The notes under the pieces: generated by a model
Database searches by the model: none
Told to the model about the DNA's origin: nothing
What the model saw: only the letters and a program-made list of their open reading frames with translations
From: a virus
Taxonomy: Duplodnaviria > Caudoviricetes
IMG/VR virus record: IMGVR_UViG_3300027845_000190
Location: 1 to 27,167 of that record
Strand: one strand, 5' to 3'
DNA: 27,167 nt
Shown here: positions 8,312-17,633 of the stretch, piece after piece
Layout: every line of letters begins with the position of its first letter
Numbering within the stretch: the stretch's first letter is position 1
Program-made: the position numbers and the translations under genes

Positions 8312-8340
8312 TTGTCTAATGCAATTGAGTGGCTTACAAT
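8312..8340 (+). promoter_or_regulatory. Sigma70/SigA-type promoter for the downstream virion genes
   Basis: TTGTCT (8312-8317), 17 nt, TACAAT (8335-8340) in an AT-rich intergenic gap. Confidence 0.6.
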
Positions 8341-8373
8341 ATCTGAAAATGACTAGAACAAAGGCTATTTAAA

Positions 8374-8691
8374 TTGGCTGCCACCACAGTTACGACCAAA
8401 CAGGGTGTGTGGGGCGATTTGAAGTATGGAATCGTCGAAGTCACACTTGACTCCTCATACGCTACGGGCGGCGAAGCTGTTGCATTCGCAACTGTTCTTG
8501 ATTGGTATTCCGTTACTGGTGTCCTTGCTTTGCAGTCCAGTTCAGCAAATGGGTATGTCCCTCAGTGGGATAGCTCTGCTGACAAGATTGTGATGTATGA
8601 GGCCGGTGCTGACGCTGCCGCTCTTGATGAGGTTGCGAATACAACCGATTTGTCCGCTGAAACAATCACGGCCCTTGTGGTCGGTGTCTAA
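8374..8691 (+). CDS. Small virion protein, paralog 1 (possible capsid decoration/cement protein)
   Basis: TTG start; 105 aa, beta-rich; motif VTLDSSYATGGEA; near the capsid gene; clearly homologous to 8700..9038. Confidence 0.75.
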   Translation: MAATTVTTKQGVWGDLKYGIVEVTLDSSYATGGEAVAFATVLDWYSVTGVLALQSSSANGYVPQWDSSADKIVMYEAGADAAALDEVANTTDLSAETITALVVGV

Positions 8692-8699
8692 AGGAAATC

Positions 8700-9038
8700 A
8701 TGGCACTTACTATTACTGCTGAATACTGGAGAGAGGTTTCTCGTCCAGTCGGGGCCGCTGAAAAGCAGCGGGCCATCTATCAGGTCACTCTTGACTCGTC
8801 TTACCCTACGGGTGGCGAAGCTGCTGACTTCACCTCACTTGCGCCTTTCAGCGCCGTTGACTGCGTTCTTGTCCACGGCTCTGACTCGGCTAACGGTTAT
8901 GTTCCACAGTGGGACAGCTCCAACGACAAGCTGATGATGTATGAAGCTGGCGCTGACGCTGCGGCCCTTGACGAGGTGGCTAACACCACCGACCTCTCGG
9001 CTGAGACTATTGTTGTCGAAGTCATTGGCGACGCCTGA
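8700..9038 (+). CDS. Small virion protein, paralog 2 (possible capsid decoration/cement protein)
   Basis: AAGGA SD; shares VTLDSSYxTGGEA, SANGYVPQWDSS and MYEAGADAAALDEVANTTDLSAETI with paralog 1. Confidence 0.8.
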   Translation: MALTITAEYWREVSRPVGAAEKQRAIYQVTLDSSYPTGGEAADFTSLAPFSAVDCVLVHGSDSANGYVPQWDSSNDKLMMYEAGADAAALDEVANTTDLSAETIVVEVIGDA

Positions 9039-9048
9039 GAGCCAATAG

Positions 9049-9522
9049 ATGACTAAGGCTACCGCACGGCCCGATTCTCTCCGAGTAGGTGACCAAACCT
9101 TTCATGGTTGGCATGACTTGGAGATCGCGTCTGTTAAAAAGCAACTTGAAGAGATTGATCCCAACCTCCTCCTCATGAAAACTGAGCGAGGGGGTTGGGC
9201 CGTTCTCTGGAACGGGCATGACGCCAACTGGCATGCTGTGTGTATAAACCACAGTGGTAGTCGTGCCGCACTTCTTGCTCTGCCCGCTGTTCTACGTGAG
9301 CGAGATCGTAATTCCCCTGTAAACAGTCGGGAATCCGCTTTTGAGCGGGATATGAAGGAAGTGAGGAGACGGGAAAAGGCCCGAGAGGAAGAGATGATTG
9401 AGGCTTTGACCGAACAGGCGGAGCGTGTCTATCATGGGCTTCGTAAGGACCAGGGGCACCAACTGGGGCTCACAAGTAAACGGTACTTCACCACACGGAG
9501 TTCTAAGACAGATTCGTGGTAA
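9049..9522 (+). CDS. Hypothetical protein
   Basis: 157 aa ORF filling the gap in the virion operon; charged helical C-terminus. Confidence 0.7.
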   Translation: MTKATARPDSLRVGDQTFHGWHDLEIASVKKQLEEIDPNLLLMKTERGGWAVLWNGHDANWHAVCINHSGSRAALLALPAVLRERDRNSPVNSRESAFERDMKEVRRREKAREEEMIEALTEQAERVYHGLRKDQGHQLGLTSKRYFTTRSSKTDSW

Positions 9523-9526
9523 GATA
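9516..9526 (+). promoter_or_regulatory. Extended -10-like motif GTGGTAAGATA before the tail genes
   Basis: TGg-TAAGAT overlapping the upstream stop, 9 nt before ATG 9535; no SD. Confidence 0.5.
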
Positions 9527-9534
9527 GTTTCACT

Positions 9535-10170
9535 ATGGGTCAGACACTTACTAATATCCGATCAGATGTAAGAACCGTTACAGGGTACAACTCCAGTGAT
9601 CCTCTGTTGGCGGACACTGATCTGACCCCGCTTGTCAATCACGCTTTGGGGCAGTTGAGCACTGAATATGATTGGCCGTGGCTTTACGCCGAAACCGGAT
9701 TTGTGACCGTTGCCGGTCAAACTGATTATGCTGTGCCGACACGATGGACGCGCACACTTTGGCTTGCCATCGAGGATGTAGATTTTGATTACCGAACCCA
9801 CAGACAAATGCGTCGAATCGTCGGAGACACGAACGTCACACGACAGCCGTCAGTATTCACGACCGTCGGTGATACGTCGATCCGGCTTGGCCCTATCCCA
9901 GACGCTGTTTACTCGGTTGACCACGGGTACATGACCCATGAGGATACCCTCACAGATGACAGTGATTTCCCGGCGCTAGATACCGCCTACGACGACATGC
10001 TGGTCTGGCGGGTTGCGAAGCTTGCTGCTATCCGTAAGGGTGATAGTGATATGGTCGCTCGGGCGATGAATGAGATTAAAGAGTGGGACAGGCGTGTGCG
10101 TGACAACGTACGTCGTTCTTCTCAGTTCCCGAGAATCAAGGCTAGGCGGGACTGGACAACGAGGACCTAA
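9535..10170 (+). CDS. Head-tail adaptor (podovirus tail tubular protein A-like)
   Basis: 211 aa; 'TLTNIRSDVR', 'VNHAL..L..EYDWPWL', 'TVAGQTDYAVP', 'IRLGPIPDAVYSV' pattern typical of phage adaptor proteins; synteny. Confidence 0.65.
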   Translation: MGQTLTNIRSDVRTVTGYNSSDPLLADTDLTPLVNHALGQLSTEYDWPWLYAETGFVTVAGQTDYAVPTRWTRTLWLAIEDVDFDYRTHRQMRRIVGDTNVTRQPSVFTTVGDTSIRLGPIPDAVYSVDHGYMTHEDTLTDDSDFPALDTAYDDMLVWRVAKLAAIRKGDSDMVARAMNEIKEWDRRVRDNVRRSSQFPRIKARRDWTTRT

Positions 10171-11741
10171 TGACCGGACAGAAGAAGTGGGTAGTCTGGG
10201 ATGACTGGTCCGGGGGCGAGTTCGGTGATACGCCTCTCAGGCAGGTGCAGTCTAATCAATACACTGCTCTGAATCTTATGGTTTACCGGAACGGTGAGCT
10301 AGGGCCACGTCCGGGCATCAAATCGCATTCCAATACTTCTATTGGCAATGGCGTGATCACGGGCATGGGTTTCACCGGTACCGGTGACTGTGAATGGTGG
10401 GTGACCATTGCTTCTACGGTGGTGGGATTCAACTCCACTGATGATGATTGGACTGTTGTTGTTACCTATGACGGTGGTCTTGGTAGCTCTCTTGCTGCTG
10501 CGTCTGTTGCGATGGTTAATGGCATCAACACTGTTCCGAGTGAAACCTATTTCGGTAATTCTACGGACAGAATCTACAGGCTGGCTACGTCAGCTAACGC
10601 TATCTCTGTAAATGACGTTACGCAGTATGATGCTCTTTCCCCTAGCACAGAGCACTCTATAGCTATCTATCGTGACCGGTTGTTTGTCGGGGATTCAGAC
10701 GGGGTTGTTTATTCCGCTCCTGGTGACTTCGGAACGTGGCCGTCGTCAGGTAACTTTAAGGTTGGGCACGGCAAGGGCGTAAGATTCCTTGGCGCTAAGG
10801 GCGACGCTCTTATGATTGTTACCGCCGACGGAAGCATCTGGGAGTACAGGGGCACCCCCGGCTCAGATACCCTTCGTAGGGTTTACAACGGTGCCCGTCA
10901 CCCTTGGGTTATGTTGCCGGGTAGAGCAATTGTTCTTCCGAATGATGACATGATCATGGTTCCGATTCAGCGGGATTACCCGGCGTTGTTCTCTGGCGGG
11001 CGGTTGCGGGAGCTTACTCACCTTAAGATGCTTGACGGTAAAGAGGGTAATGCTGCCGGTGATGCTGATGAGTGGAAGATAGTTGAGACTAACCACGATG
11101 ACGGATGTCTCATTCTGTCTGTGATCACCCACCCGGATACCGGTGGTAAGCGAGCTATGGAACGCCGTCACGGTATTTGGTCTTTCTATGAATGGGGTGT
11201 CTCGGACCTTACTGCTAGGGCCACGACTGACAGACAGCATCAGGTACTTCTCACAGACGGTGGCGGGGCGAGCACGGCTGCTGAGTTCTACACGTACGAT
11301 CCGAGTATTGACCGTCCCGGCTACACGTCTGATACGTACGCCACTGTGGGAGATGCTAGCTCTACGCCTGAGACGAACATGGAGATGACCACAGCCACAT
11401 GGTGGGCTGACGAAGGTCAAGAGATTACGGTGAAGAGAATCATCATCGACTTCACCAAGTACCAAACAGGACAGTCTGAGACTACACACTTTGATGTTGA
11501 TGTTATCCAATACGGGGAACACATTACTGATGACACGAACACTGTTTCCATGCAGGCATTTGACCAAGCTAACGCCAGTGCCACTACAACGGGCGAGCAG
11601 GACCGTCATATCACTGGCGGGCCTTCCGGTGGTGCTATTCCTTGCTCGGGCTTCCAGATCAAACTCAGCGCAATCAGAGCGGTAGGTATCCAGTCTATCC
11701 GTGTAGAGATTGAGCAGAATCCTCTGACTCCGAGGTACTAA
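10170..11741 (+). CDS. Tail nozzle / stabilisation protein (tail tubular B / P22 gp10-like)
   Basis: 523 aa, beta-propeller-like composition, N-terminal 'DDWSGG..', 'NLMV..NGELGPRPG', 'IAIYRDRLFV', 'YSAPGDFGTW'; follows the adaptor with TAATG coupling. Confidence 0.6.
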   Translation: MTGQKKWVVWDDWSGGEFGDTPLRQVQSNQYTALNLMVYRNGELGPRPGIKSHSNTSIGNGVITGMGFTGTGDCEWWVTIASTVVGFNSTDDDWTVVVTYDGGLGSSLAAASVAMVNGINTVPSETYFGNSTDRIYRLATSANAISVNDVTQYDALSPSTEHSIAIYRDRLFVGDSDGVVYSAPGDFGTWPSSGNFKVGHGKGVRFLGAKGDALMIVTADGSIWEYRGTPGSDTLRRVYNGARHPWVMLPGRAIVLPNDDMIMVPIQRDYPALFSGGRLRELTHLKMLDGKEGNAAGDADEWKIVETNHDDGCLILSVITHPDTGGKRAMERRHGIWSFYEWGVSDLTARATTDRQHQVLLTDGGGASTAAEFYTYDPSIDRPGYTSDTYATVGDASSTPETNMEMTTATWWADEGQEITVKRIIIDFTKYQTGQSETTHFDVDVIQYGEHITDDTNTVSMQAFDQANASATTTGEQDRHITGGPSGGAIPCSGFQIKLSAIRAVGIQSIRVEIEQNPLTPRY

Positions 11742-12280
11742 TGACTGGTTCCAGAGGACAGTGGCAGTATTCAGCGAGAGCCTTTGAAATCCCAGGGCTT
11801 CCTGAAGAGTCGCTAGAGCAGATGAATAACCGGGATAGTGAGCTGGAGTTCCAGCTTCAGCATCTTTACGGTAATTGGAATGATTGGACTCCGGGGATTA
11901 CCTCAGGGTTCACGCAGGGTAATGGTACGCTCACAGGTCGGTATCGCCTCGTAGGCGTAACCTTTCAGTACCGTATGCATTTGGTGATGGGGTCTACCTC
12001 TTCTATTACAACTCCTAAGTTGAATCTTCCTAGCGGAATGCTGTTGAATAATTCGCTCAATAAGCCGATGTTGGGCACGGTTATTGGCTATGACGTAGGA
12101 AGTGGTGCTTTCTACACTGGTGTGTCGATTGCCGGTGATTCTACGGAGGATGTTATTACAACTGCTATTATCTATAATACTACGGCTATGAGTGCGACTG
12201 CTCCGTTTACGTGGGCGAATACCGATCAGATATGGTTTAGTGGTACTCTAGAGCTTGCCAATACTGTGCTTGACACTTAG
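11741..12280 (+). CDS. Minor tail / short fibre protein
   Basis: 'WNDWTP...GNGTLTGRYRLVG...PFTWANTDQIWFSGTLE' resembles a beta-sandwich domain common in phage minor tail proteins; short helical N-terminus. Confidence 0.6.
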   Translation: MTGSRGQWQYSARAFEIPGLPEESLEQMNNRDSELEFQLQHLYGNWNDWTPGITSGFTQGNGTLTGRYRLVGVTFQYRMHLVMGSTSSITTPKLNLPSGMLLNNSLNKPMLGTVIGYDVGSGAFYTGVSIAGDSTEDVITTAIIYNTTAMSATAPFTWANTDQIWFSGTLELANTVLDT

Positions 12281-12290
12281 TGATAAGATA
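12280..12290 (+). promoter_or_regulatory. Extended -10-like motif GTGATAAGATA before the internal virion genes
   Basis: TGa-TAAGAT 6 nt before ATG 12296; 13-nt identity (GTGATAAGATAAA) with 3473-3485. Confidence 0.6.
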
Positions 12291-12295
12291 AAGAT

Positions 12296-12928
12296 ATGCC
12301 TGGACCTAGAACTATTAGTGCCGTTGATTCACGTGGCGAACGTGGTAATACCGAGGGGCTCAACAAGCAGGAAATCATAGACTCCGGTGGGGCGTTTGCT
12401 AAGAATCCCGGCATCGGCCCACAGGTGGACAGACGCCTGGGGTCGTATCTCGCTGCACAGGGGGCCAGTAGAGCCAGGCAGCAAGAGGAGATTCAGCGCA
12501 GAATTGAGGCCGTGGAGCGTGCCCGTTCTCGGGGTCTTGAAGATATTGGCCGTGATGAGCAGCGTGGCCTTGAGGGTATCGGGGATCGGTATGAGAGCCG
12601 GGGGCTGTTCCGTTCAGGGAGACGTGAGCGAGATCAGGGCAGACTGTCCAGTGACAGTCAGTTGTCCAGAGACAGACTCGACGAGGACTCACAGCTCCAG
12701 TTGGATGCTATTGAACGGGCACGCCAAGCTATCGGCAGGGGTGGACGATCTACCGCCGCACTTAGGCAGCAATTCGAGATGGACGCCATCAATGACCTTT
12801 TGGATCAGAATGTGATTCCTGGTGGGGTGTTTAGCGATTTCGATGAACTATTCCGAGACAAGCACCCTCTTGAAGAGATTGGGTTCCGTCCGGGCCGTCC
12901 TGGGGCTGTTCCGAGAGGTATTGGATAA
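12296..12928 (+). CDS. Probable internal virion / ejection protein
   Basis: R/E/Q/G-rich helical protein ('YESRGLFRSG'); first of three TAATG-coupled genes after the tail genes. Confidence 0.55.
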   Translation: MPGPRTISAVDSRGERGNTEGLNKQEIIDSGGAFAKNPGIGPQVDRRLGSYLAAQGASRARQQEEIQRRIEAVERARSRGLEDIGRDEQRGLEGIGDRYESRGLFRSGRRERDQGRLSSDSQLSRDRLDEDSQLQLDAIERARQAIGRGGRSTAALRQQFEMDAINDLLDQNVIPGGVFSDFDELFRDKHPLEEIGFRPGRPGAVPRGIG

Positions 12929-14166
12929 TGCCTGAAAATAGTATTTTTACACCGAGAAGATCACGATTTGACCTTCCTCGGGAAGATACGGACACCCCCG
13001 ATCCCGCTGAGGAAATTGCACTGCTCAGGCAGCGCCGTCAGCCAGAAGCCGAGCCCGTAATCCCAGGGCGTGATCGGGTCGGCACATTCGACCTTAATGA
13101 TGAGCAAGCGGACATGTTTGCTCGGGCTAAAGCAGCGAGAGGTGCTTCTGCGGCTCAGCGCGGGTTCCTCCCCAACGATTTCGAGAAGGACCCGAACGAG
13201 CCTGAACCCGTAGATTTCAATTTTGAAAATGCAACCTTGGCGCGTGTAGCAGAGCCGGATTTGCAGTCCAATAGTCCTGCGGCACTTATGCGGGCTATCT
13301 TTGGCGATGCCTTCGACGACTTCAATCCAGATGAGGATGCCTCTGAACTGCTTATGAGGCGTCAGGCATTCGATATGGTGAACGGTCTTATTCAGGACCG
13401 CAGAGCTAAAGAAACTGAGGATGAGTTTAATCAGCTTCAGGAGCACAGTCACCGTCTAGAGCTGTTTGATCAGTTCAAGGACATTTACGGGGATTCGTCA
13501 CGTGCGGCTGAGCTGGCGGGGCTTGACCCGTCAGATATTCCTGATAGCCCGGAATTCTCTCATGAGCAGCTAGCTGTAGCGTTTGATGTGGCTGCTATGG
13601 AACGTGAGTCCGGTATCGACATGTCGGATTTGGAATTTGAATCCCGCACTGGTGGTGTCCCACGGTCGGCAATTTCAGACACACCTACATCTGCCCCTAG
13701 TAATCTGGAGCAGGAATCTTTGAGGCAGCAAGAGGCTGTTGCCGAGTCGCAAGCTTTGAAGGATAAAGGTGCTGATCTATTCTTTGGAGATCGTATTATC
13801 GAGCCGATCCCTGTAGAAGAAATTGTCAGCGGTATTCCTATCGGGGAATTGGGCGGACCTAAGGTTGCTAAGGGTCATGAAAATGATACCCGAATGGTGA
13901 ACAATGCGATCAACGCTAGGGAAAAGCAGCTTAAAAATTCTGAGGGATACCAGCGAATGGCAGAAGCGATGGTGCTGTGGATTGACGCAGGTATTGATCC
14001 GCAGAAAATCGAGGGACTGGTAGCCGAAGCTGTAGAGGATGGGGTTCCCGAAAATCGGCCTGATGGGTCGACTAAGATGCACAAGCTTCGTGATGACCAC
14101 GCAGCAATTCTTTTAGCACAGTTTGAACCGTTTCTTAAGTCAGCCAGTCTACCCAGGGCGCAGTAA
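12928..14166 (+). CDS. Probable internal virion / ejection protein
   Basis: 412 aa, acidic and helical, coupled on both sides; synteny with podovirus core-protein triads. Confidence 0.55.
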   Translation: MPENSIFTPRRSRFDLPREDTDTPDPAEEIALLRQRRQPEAEPVIPGRDRVGTFDLNDEQADMFARAKAARGASAAQRGFLPNDFEKDPNEPEPVDFNFENATLARVAEPDLQSNSPAALMRAIFGDAFDDFNPDEDASELLMRRQAFDMVNGLIQDRRAKETEDEFNQLQEHSHRLELFDQFKDIYGDSSRAAELAGLDPSDIPDSPEFSHEQLAVAFDVAAMERESGIDMSDLEFESRTGGVPRSAISDTPTSAPSNLEQESLRQQEAVAESQALKDKGADLFFGDRIIEPIPVEEIVSGIPIGELGGPKVAKGHENDTRMVNNAINAREKQLKNSEGYQRMAEAMVLWIDAGIDPQKIEGLVAEAVEDGVPENRPDGSTKMHKLRDDHAAILLAQFEPFLKSASLPRAQ

Positions 14167-17100
14167 TGGGGTTGCTTCAAGACACCTTCAAGGGCCTTGA
14201 TGACCGTGTCCAAGTCGGTGAAACAGCTACTGGCAGGAGGCAATTCCTCCCTGCTGAAACAGTGGCGTCCAGGCTTGCCAGGTTGCAGGCGTCAGAAGAA
14301 ACACGTGACACTGGCTTAAACCTACAAAGGGCATTCCAGGGCGGGCTCTCTGACGCTGACCTTAAGCGTGTAGGACTCACACGTCTCAAGAATAAGTCCC
14401 CCGGACTACTGCGTCGTGGCGCTGGTGCGCTGTTCGGCGCACTGGAGATTCTCGACAGGCCGTCTCAGGCCATTCTGCGTCCTCTTGCTGCCATACAAGG
14501 CGAGTCAGACGAAAGTGTTCTCGGTGCCTTCGGCGGAGCACTCCGTGGTACCGGTGAGCGTAAAGACTTCTTCGACGCCTTAGGGGGAAGCCGCCCTGGC
14601 GGTATCGGGGGTGGCATAGCTAACTTCCTGGGGACGGTAGCAACGGACCCGCTGTCGTATCTGACGTTCGGCGCTAACAGTGCTGGCCGTCAAGGTATCC
14701 GTGCTCTGGCACGTGCTGACGATCTTGGGCAAGAAGCTGCTGAGAGGGTCGCCAGAGGCGGTCTGGGGATGCTTGATGACGCTGAGCGCAAGCTCGCATT
14801 GAAGCTCCCCGAGTTCACGGGTGATAATCTGAGAAAGGCCGAGAGAGGCATTCAGGGCGGTATCCGATTCATGGGTAACACCGTCATGAAGGGTGAGGCT
14901 ATCCGTGGTCCGCTCAGGGGTTCTCTGTTTGATGACATCCGCCCGCTGGCTCAGTTCGGTACTACTGAGGGGCAAGCGCCGCTACGTGCGGGAATCAGAG
15001 ATAAACTGAAGCCAATCAGGAGTAGGTTCCAGACAGGAAACCGATCGACGTTCGGCGGACTGTCAGATGACCTCAACCGTCTCGGGGTTAAGGCTGACGT
15101 TACAGCTCGCGGCACTTTCACAGAGGACGCAGCCCAGCTTGGGCGTCTCAAGAAGCTGGCCCAAAAAGAAGCCAAGGCCAACGGACGCACCTTTGAAGGT
15201 GTTATGGATGACATTCTCGGTTCTCTTGAAAGGAACCGCAGAGGGATAGGCCCGAGAGGGGCACACGGACAGCACCCTGTGCATGCTCTGCTTCCTGAGG
15301 AACTTGCTTACGCATTTCATTTGCGGGGCGATGATGCCGCTGCCGACTACCTGTTTGCTATCAATCACACTACCAGGGGTACACGTGACGATAGGCTGCT
15401 CGGTCTGAGAACAAAGGGTGTTCCGGTTGAGAATCAGGACGCTGTTTCGGGACTTAAGCGTCTTAAAGAGGTTGATGACCCGGCAGGCGAAGGCCGTCTG
15501 TTTGTTGATGATATTAACCCGGAAACAAACAGACCACGCATACACGGCTCTATAGGTCAAACTCAGGCGAATGTCCCTGTGACACCGTCACTGTTTTCTG
15601 AGGTGCCGAGACTTAACCGGCAGGCTGCCCCTAAGTTCAGGGCACACCTTTCACGTCACCCTACACAACAACTCGACTTTGATGAGATCAGCAAGCTTGA
15701 TCTCCCACTGAAAGACATTGAGGACATTCTACAAGGCAGACGCCCACGCCCAGGAGCGGCGGTACCGGAGCAAGTCCCTGTGAGGTTCCCAGGCGCACCC
15801 AGCGGCCCTATGCTGGAAACGTCTCCTGACCGCATAGCCCTCTACATGAAGGATCAGGCGTCCAGAAGGCTTGCTGCCAACCAGTGGGTTGATGAGGTCA
15901 CAGAACTCGTTGACCCGACTACCGGCGACCGTTTGTTCAGTAAACGGCACTCAGGGATGGGGACTCCTCGTACCCCTGAAGGCGTCAACTACGTTGACAT
16001 GGATGTAGGAATAGACAAGCTTTGGGTTCACCCAGAACTTGAGACAGAAGTGAAGCGGTTGCAAGACCACCTGTTTAACCCTGTTGCACGTGGCAGAATG
16101 ATTCAGGGGTTCGATGATTGGTTGAATCTTTGGAAGGGTCTTGCCACGGTTCCTGTGTTCTTCGGTATTGGGTTCCACATGCGTAACGGTTTGGGTAACT
16201 TCTACCTGAACCATATGGGCGGCGTTAAGGGCCGCTGGTACAAGCCTGCCATGAAGATGCAGGCGTCCATTGAGAAGGCCGCACGTAGAGTTAAAACCTC
16301 GGGGCTGCGGCACGGGCTTCCTGACGGAGCCGTGCTGGACAAGGAATTCATAGGTCGCAAATTCCTTTCAGAGACAGCAGATGATCTGGATTTCCGTACG
16401 GCGTTTAAGCAAGTTGCCGTTGAGGACGGAATTGACGATCAGATGGTTCAATGGGTCTTTGATGCCATTGATGAAGGTGTGCTATCCACGAACTTCATTC
16501 AAGCTGACCTTGGCGATGACATCCTCAAAGCAGTCCATACCGATGATCAAACTAAACTTCAATTCATTAGAGAGCAATTCACTAACCCCAGACAGAGTGT
16601 TTTGATCAAATCGGGATCAATTGTCGGACAGCATGTCGAAAATAATGCACGTCTCGCTCACTTCTTTTCCAAAATGGATGAAGGGCTGGATGCTGCACAG
16701 GCCGGTCATTCTGTCCGCAAATACCTCTTTGACTACAGCGATGTCACTCAGTTTGAGAAGAATGTTCTCAAACGGATCGTTCCGTTCTACACGTTCATGC
16801 GTAAGAACACACCTCTTCAGCTCCATGACGCTATGGTCAATCCAAGGCGTATCCTGACGACACGCAGACTGTTGGAGTCGATCTCGGACGCTGAGGATCA
16901 AGATTTGTCGGCGCTTCCGTCCTTTGCGCTGAATGGTGGGCAGGTTCCCCTCGCTGGCGGCATCGCTCAGTGGATTGCGGGCGAGGGGGGCGTGCCTGTG
17001 CTTGGTGCCCCGGACCTCCCTACCAACGCAGCGTTCAGCACCATTGATCCGTTTGTTCAGCTAGTTGCTGAGCTACCGGGGCTCGACAGTGTCATTACAG

Positions 17101-17633
17101 ATGAATTTAAAGCCGAAGAGCGTGGAGATATTTTCCGTGGGCTTGTCGGCCTACCGGGCGGTGGCGCTACTGAGGTAACTAAATATCTTATTGAGAACGC
17201 CACTGAAACTGATTTGTTCACTGGTGCTCCTATTCCTCCCGACAAGGGTCTGGAGAGGCTCATCAAAGCCACACTGCCTGTGTATGCGAAGGCAGAGAAG
17301 ATGTTTGTGAACTTTGATGACCTCCTTCCAGATGGGGAGGGTATTCCTGAAGGTCGGGTGTCTCGGGCGAAGCTTCAGGTTCTGAAGATGACTTTGGGTC
17401 TTTCGCTGACCATTGTTGATCCGCAGCGTGAGCGTAATGAACTTTACCGCAGGCTCGACGCCCTCGATGCGGAGATCGCCGAGGCGGAAGCACTCGGTAT
17501 TAGAGTTCCGACAATCACAGAATTGAGGAAAGATGGGCTCATCCCATCAGTCAGGGAAGTTGAGGAATGGGAGGCTTCCCGTAGCCGCTCCAGCCTTCCT
17601 ACCAATACATTCTTGGGGAGAGGCGGCTTATAG
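14166..17633 (+). CDS. Large internal virion / DNA ejection protein
   Basis: 1155 aa; Gly-rich amphipathic N-terminus ('ILDRPSQA', 'VATDPLSYLTFG') and C-terminal 'FHMRNGLGN..', 'ENNARLAHF', 'KYLFDYSDVTQFEK..KRIVPFYTFMRKN' block typical of large podovirus core proteins. Confidence 0.65.
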   Translation: MGLLQDTFKGLDDRVQVGETATGRRQFLPAETVASRLARLQASEETRDTGLNLQRAFQGGLSDADLKRVGLTRLKNKSPGLLRRGAGALFGALEILDRPSQAILRPLAAIQGESDESVLGAFGGALRGTGERKDFFDALGGSRPGGIGGGIANFLGTVATDPLSYLTFGANSAGRQGIRALARADDLGQEAAERVARGGLGMLDDAERKLALKLPEFTGDNLRKAERGIQGGIRFMGNTVMKGEAIRGPLRGSLFDDIRPLAQFGTTEGQAPLRAGIRDKLKPIRSRFQTGNRSTFGGLSDDLNRLGVKADVTARGTFTEDAAQLGRLKKLAQKEAKANGRTFEGVMDDILGSLERNRRGIGPRGAHGQHPVHALLPEELAYAFHLRGDDAAADYLFAINHTTRGTRDDRLLGLRTKGVPVENQDAVSGLKRLKEVDDPAGEGRLFVDDINPETNRPRIHGSIGQTQANVPVTPSLFSEVPRLNRQAAPKFRAHLSRHPTQQLDFDEISKLDLPLKDIEDILQGRRPRPGAAVPEQVPVRFPGAPSGPMLETSPDRIALYMKDQASRRLAANQWVDEVTELVDPTTGDRLFSKRHSGMGTPRTPEGVNYVDMDVGIDKLWVHPELETEVKRLQDHLFNPVARGRMIQGFDDWLNLWKGLATVPVFFGIGFHMRNGLGNFYLNHMGGVKGRWYKPAMKMQASIEKAARRVKTSGLRHGLPDGAVLDKEFIGRKFLSETADDLDFRTAFKQVAVEDGIDDQMVQWVFDAIDEGVLSTNFIQADLGDDILKAVHTDDQTKLQFIREQFTNPRQSVLIKSGSIVGQHVENNARLAHFFSKMDEGLDAAQAGHSVRKYLFDYSDVTQFEKNVLKRIVPFYTFMRKNTPLQLHDAMVNPRRILTTRRLLESISDAEDQDLSALPSFALNGGQVPLAGGIAQWIAGEGGVPVLGAPDLPTNAAFSTIDPFVQLVAELPGLDSVITDEFKAEERGDIFRGLVGLPGGGATEVTKYLIENATETDLFTGAPIPPDKGLERLIKATLPVYAKAEKMFVNFDDLLPDGEGIPEGRVSRAKLQVLKMTLGLSLTIVDPQRERNELYRRLDALDAEIAEAEALGIRVPTITELRKDGLIPSVREVEEWEASRSRSSLPTNTFLGRGGL

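Noticed and set aside
7679-8373. HNH as part of a group I intron
   Set aside because: The flanking genes appear complete, and the short flanks are explained by a terminator and promoters.
8374-9038. Repeat pair as DGR template/variable repeats or a frameshift fusion
   Set aside because: Differences are synonymous and not adenine-specific, no reverse transcriptase is in the window, and each gene has its own start and stop.
972-17493. Long - strand ORFs under the virion genes (972..1748, 2679..3284, 5717..6601, 10863..11609 and others) and + strand ORFs under the replication genes
   Set aside because: They are antisense shadows of well-supported genes, with no motifs, SDs or operon coupling.
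14166-17633. Tape measure protein
   Set aside because: No upstream tail tube or chaperone genes and no periodic aromatic repeats; sequence and synteny fit a podovirus core protein better.
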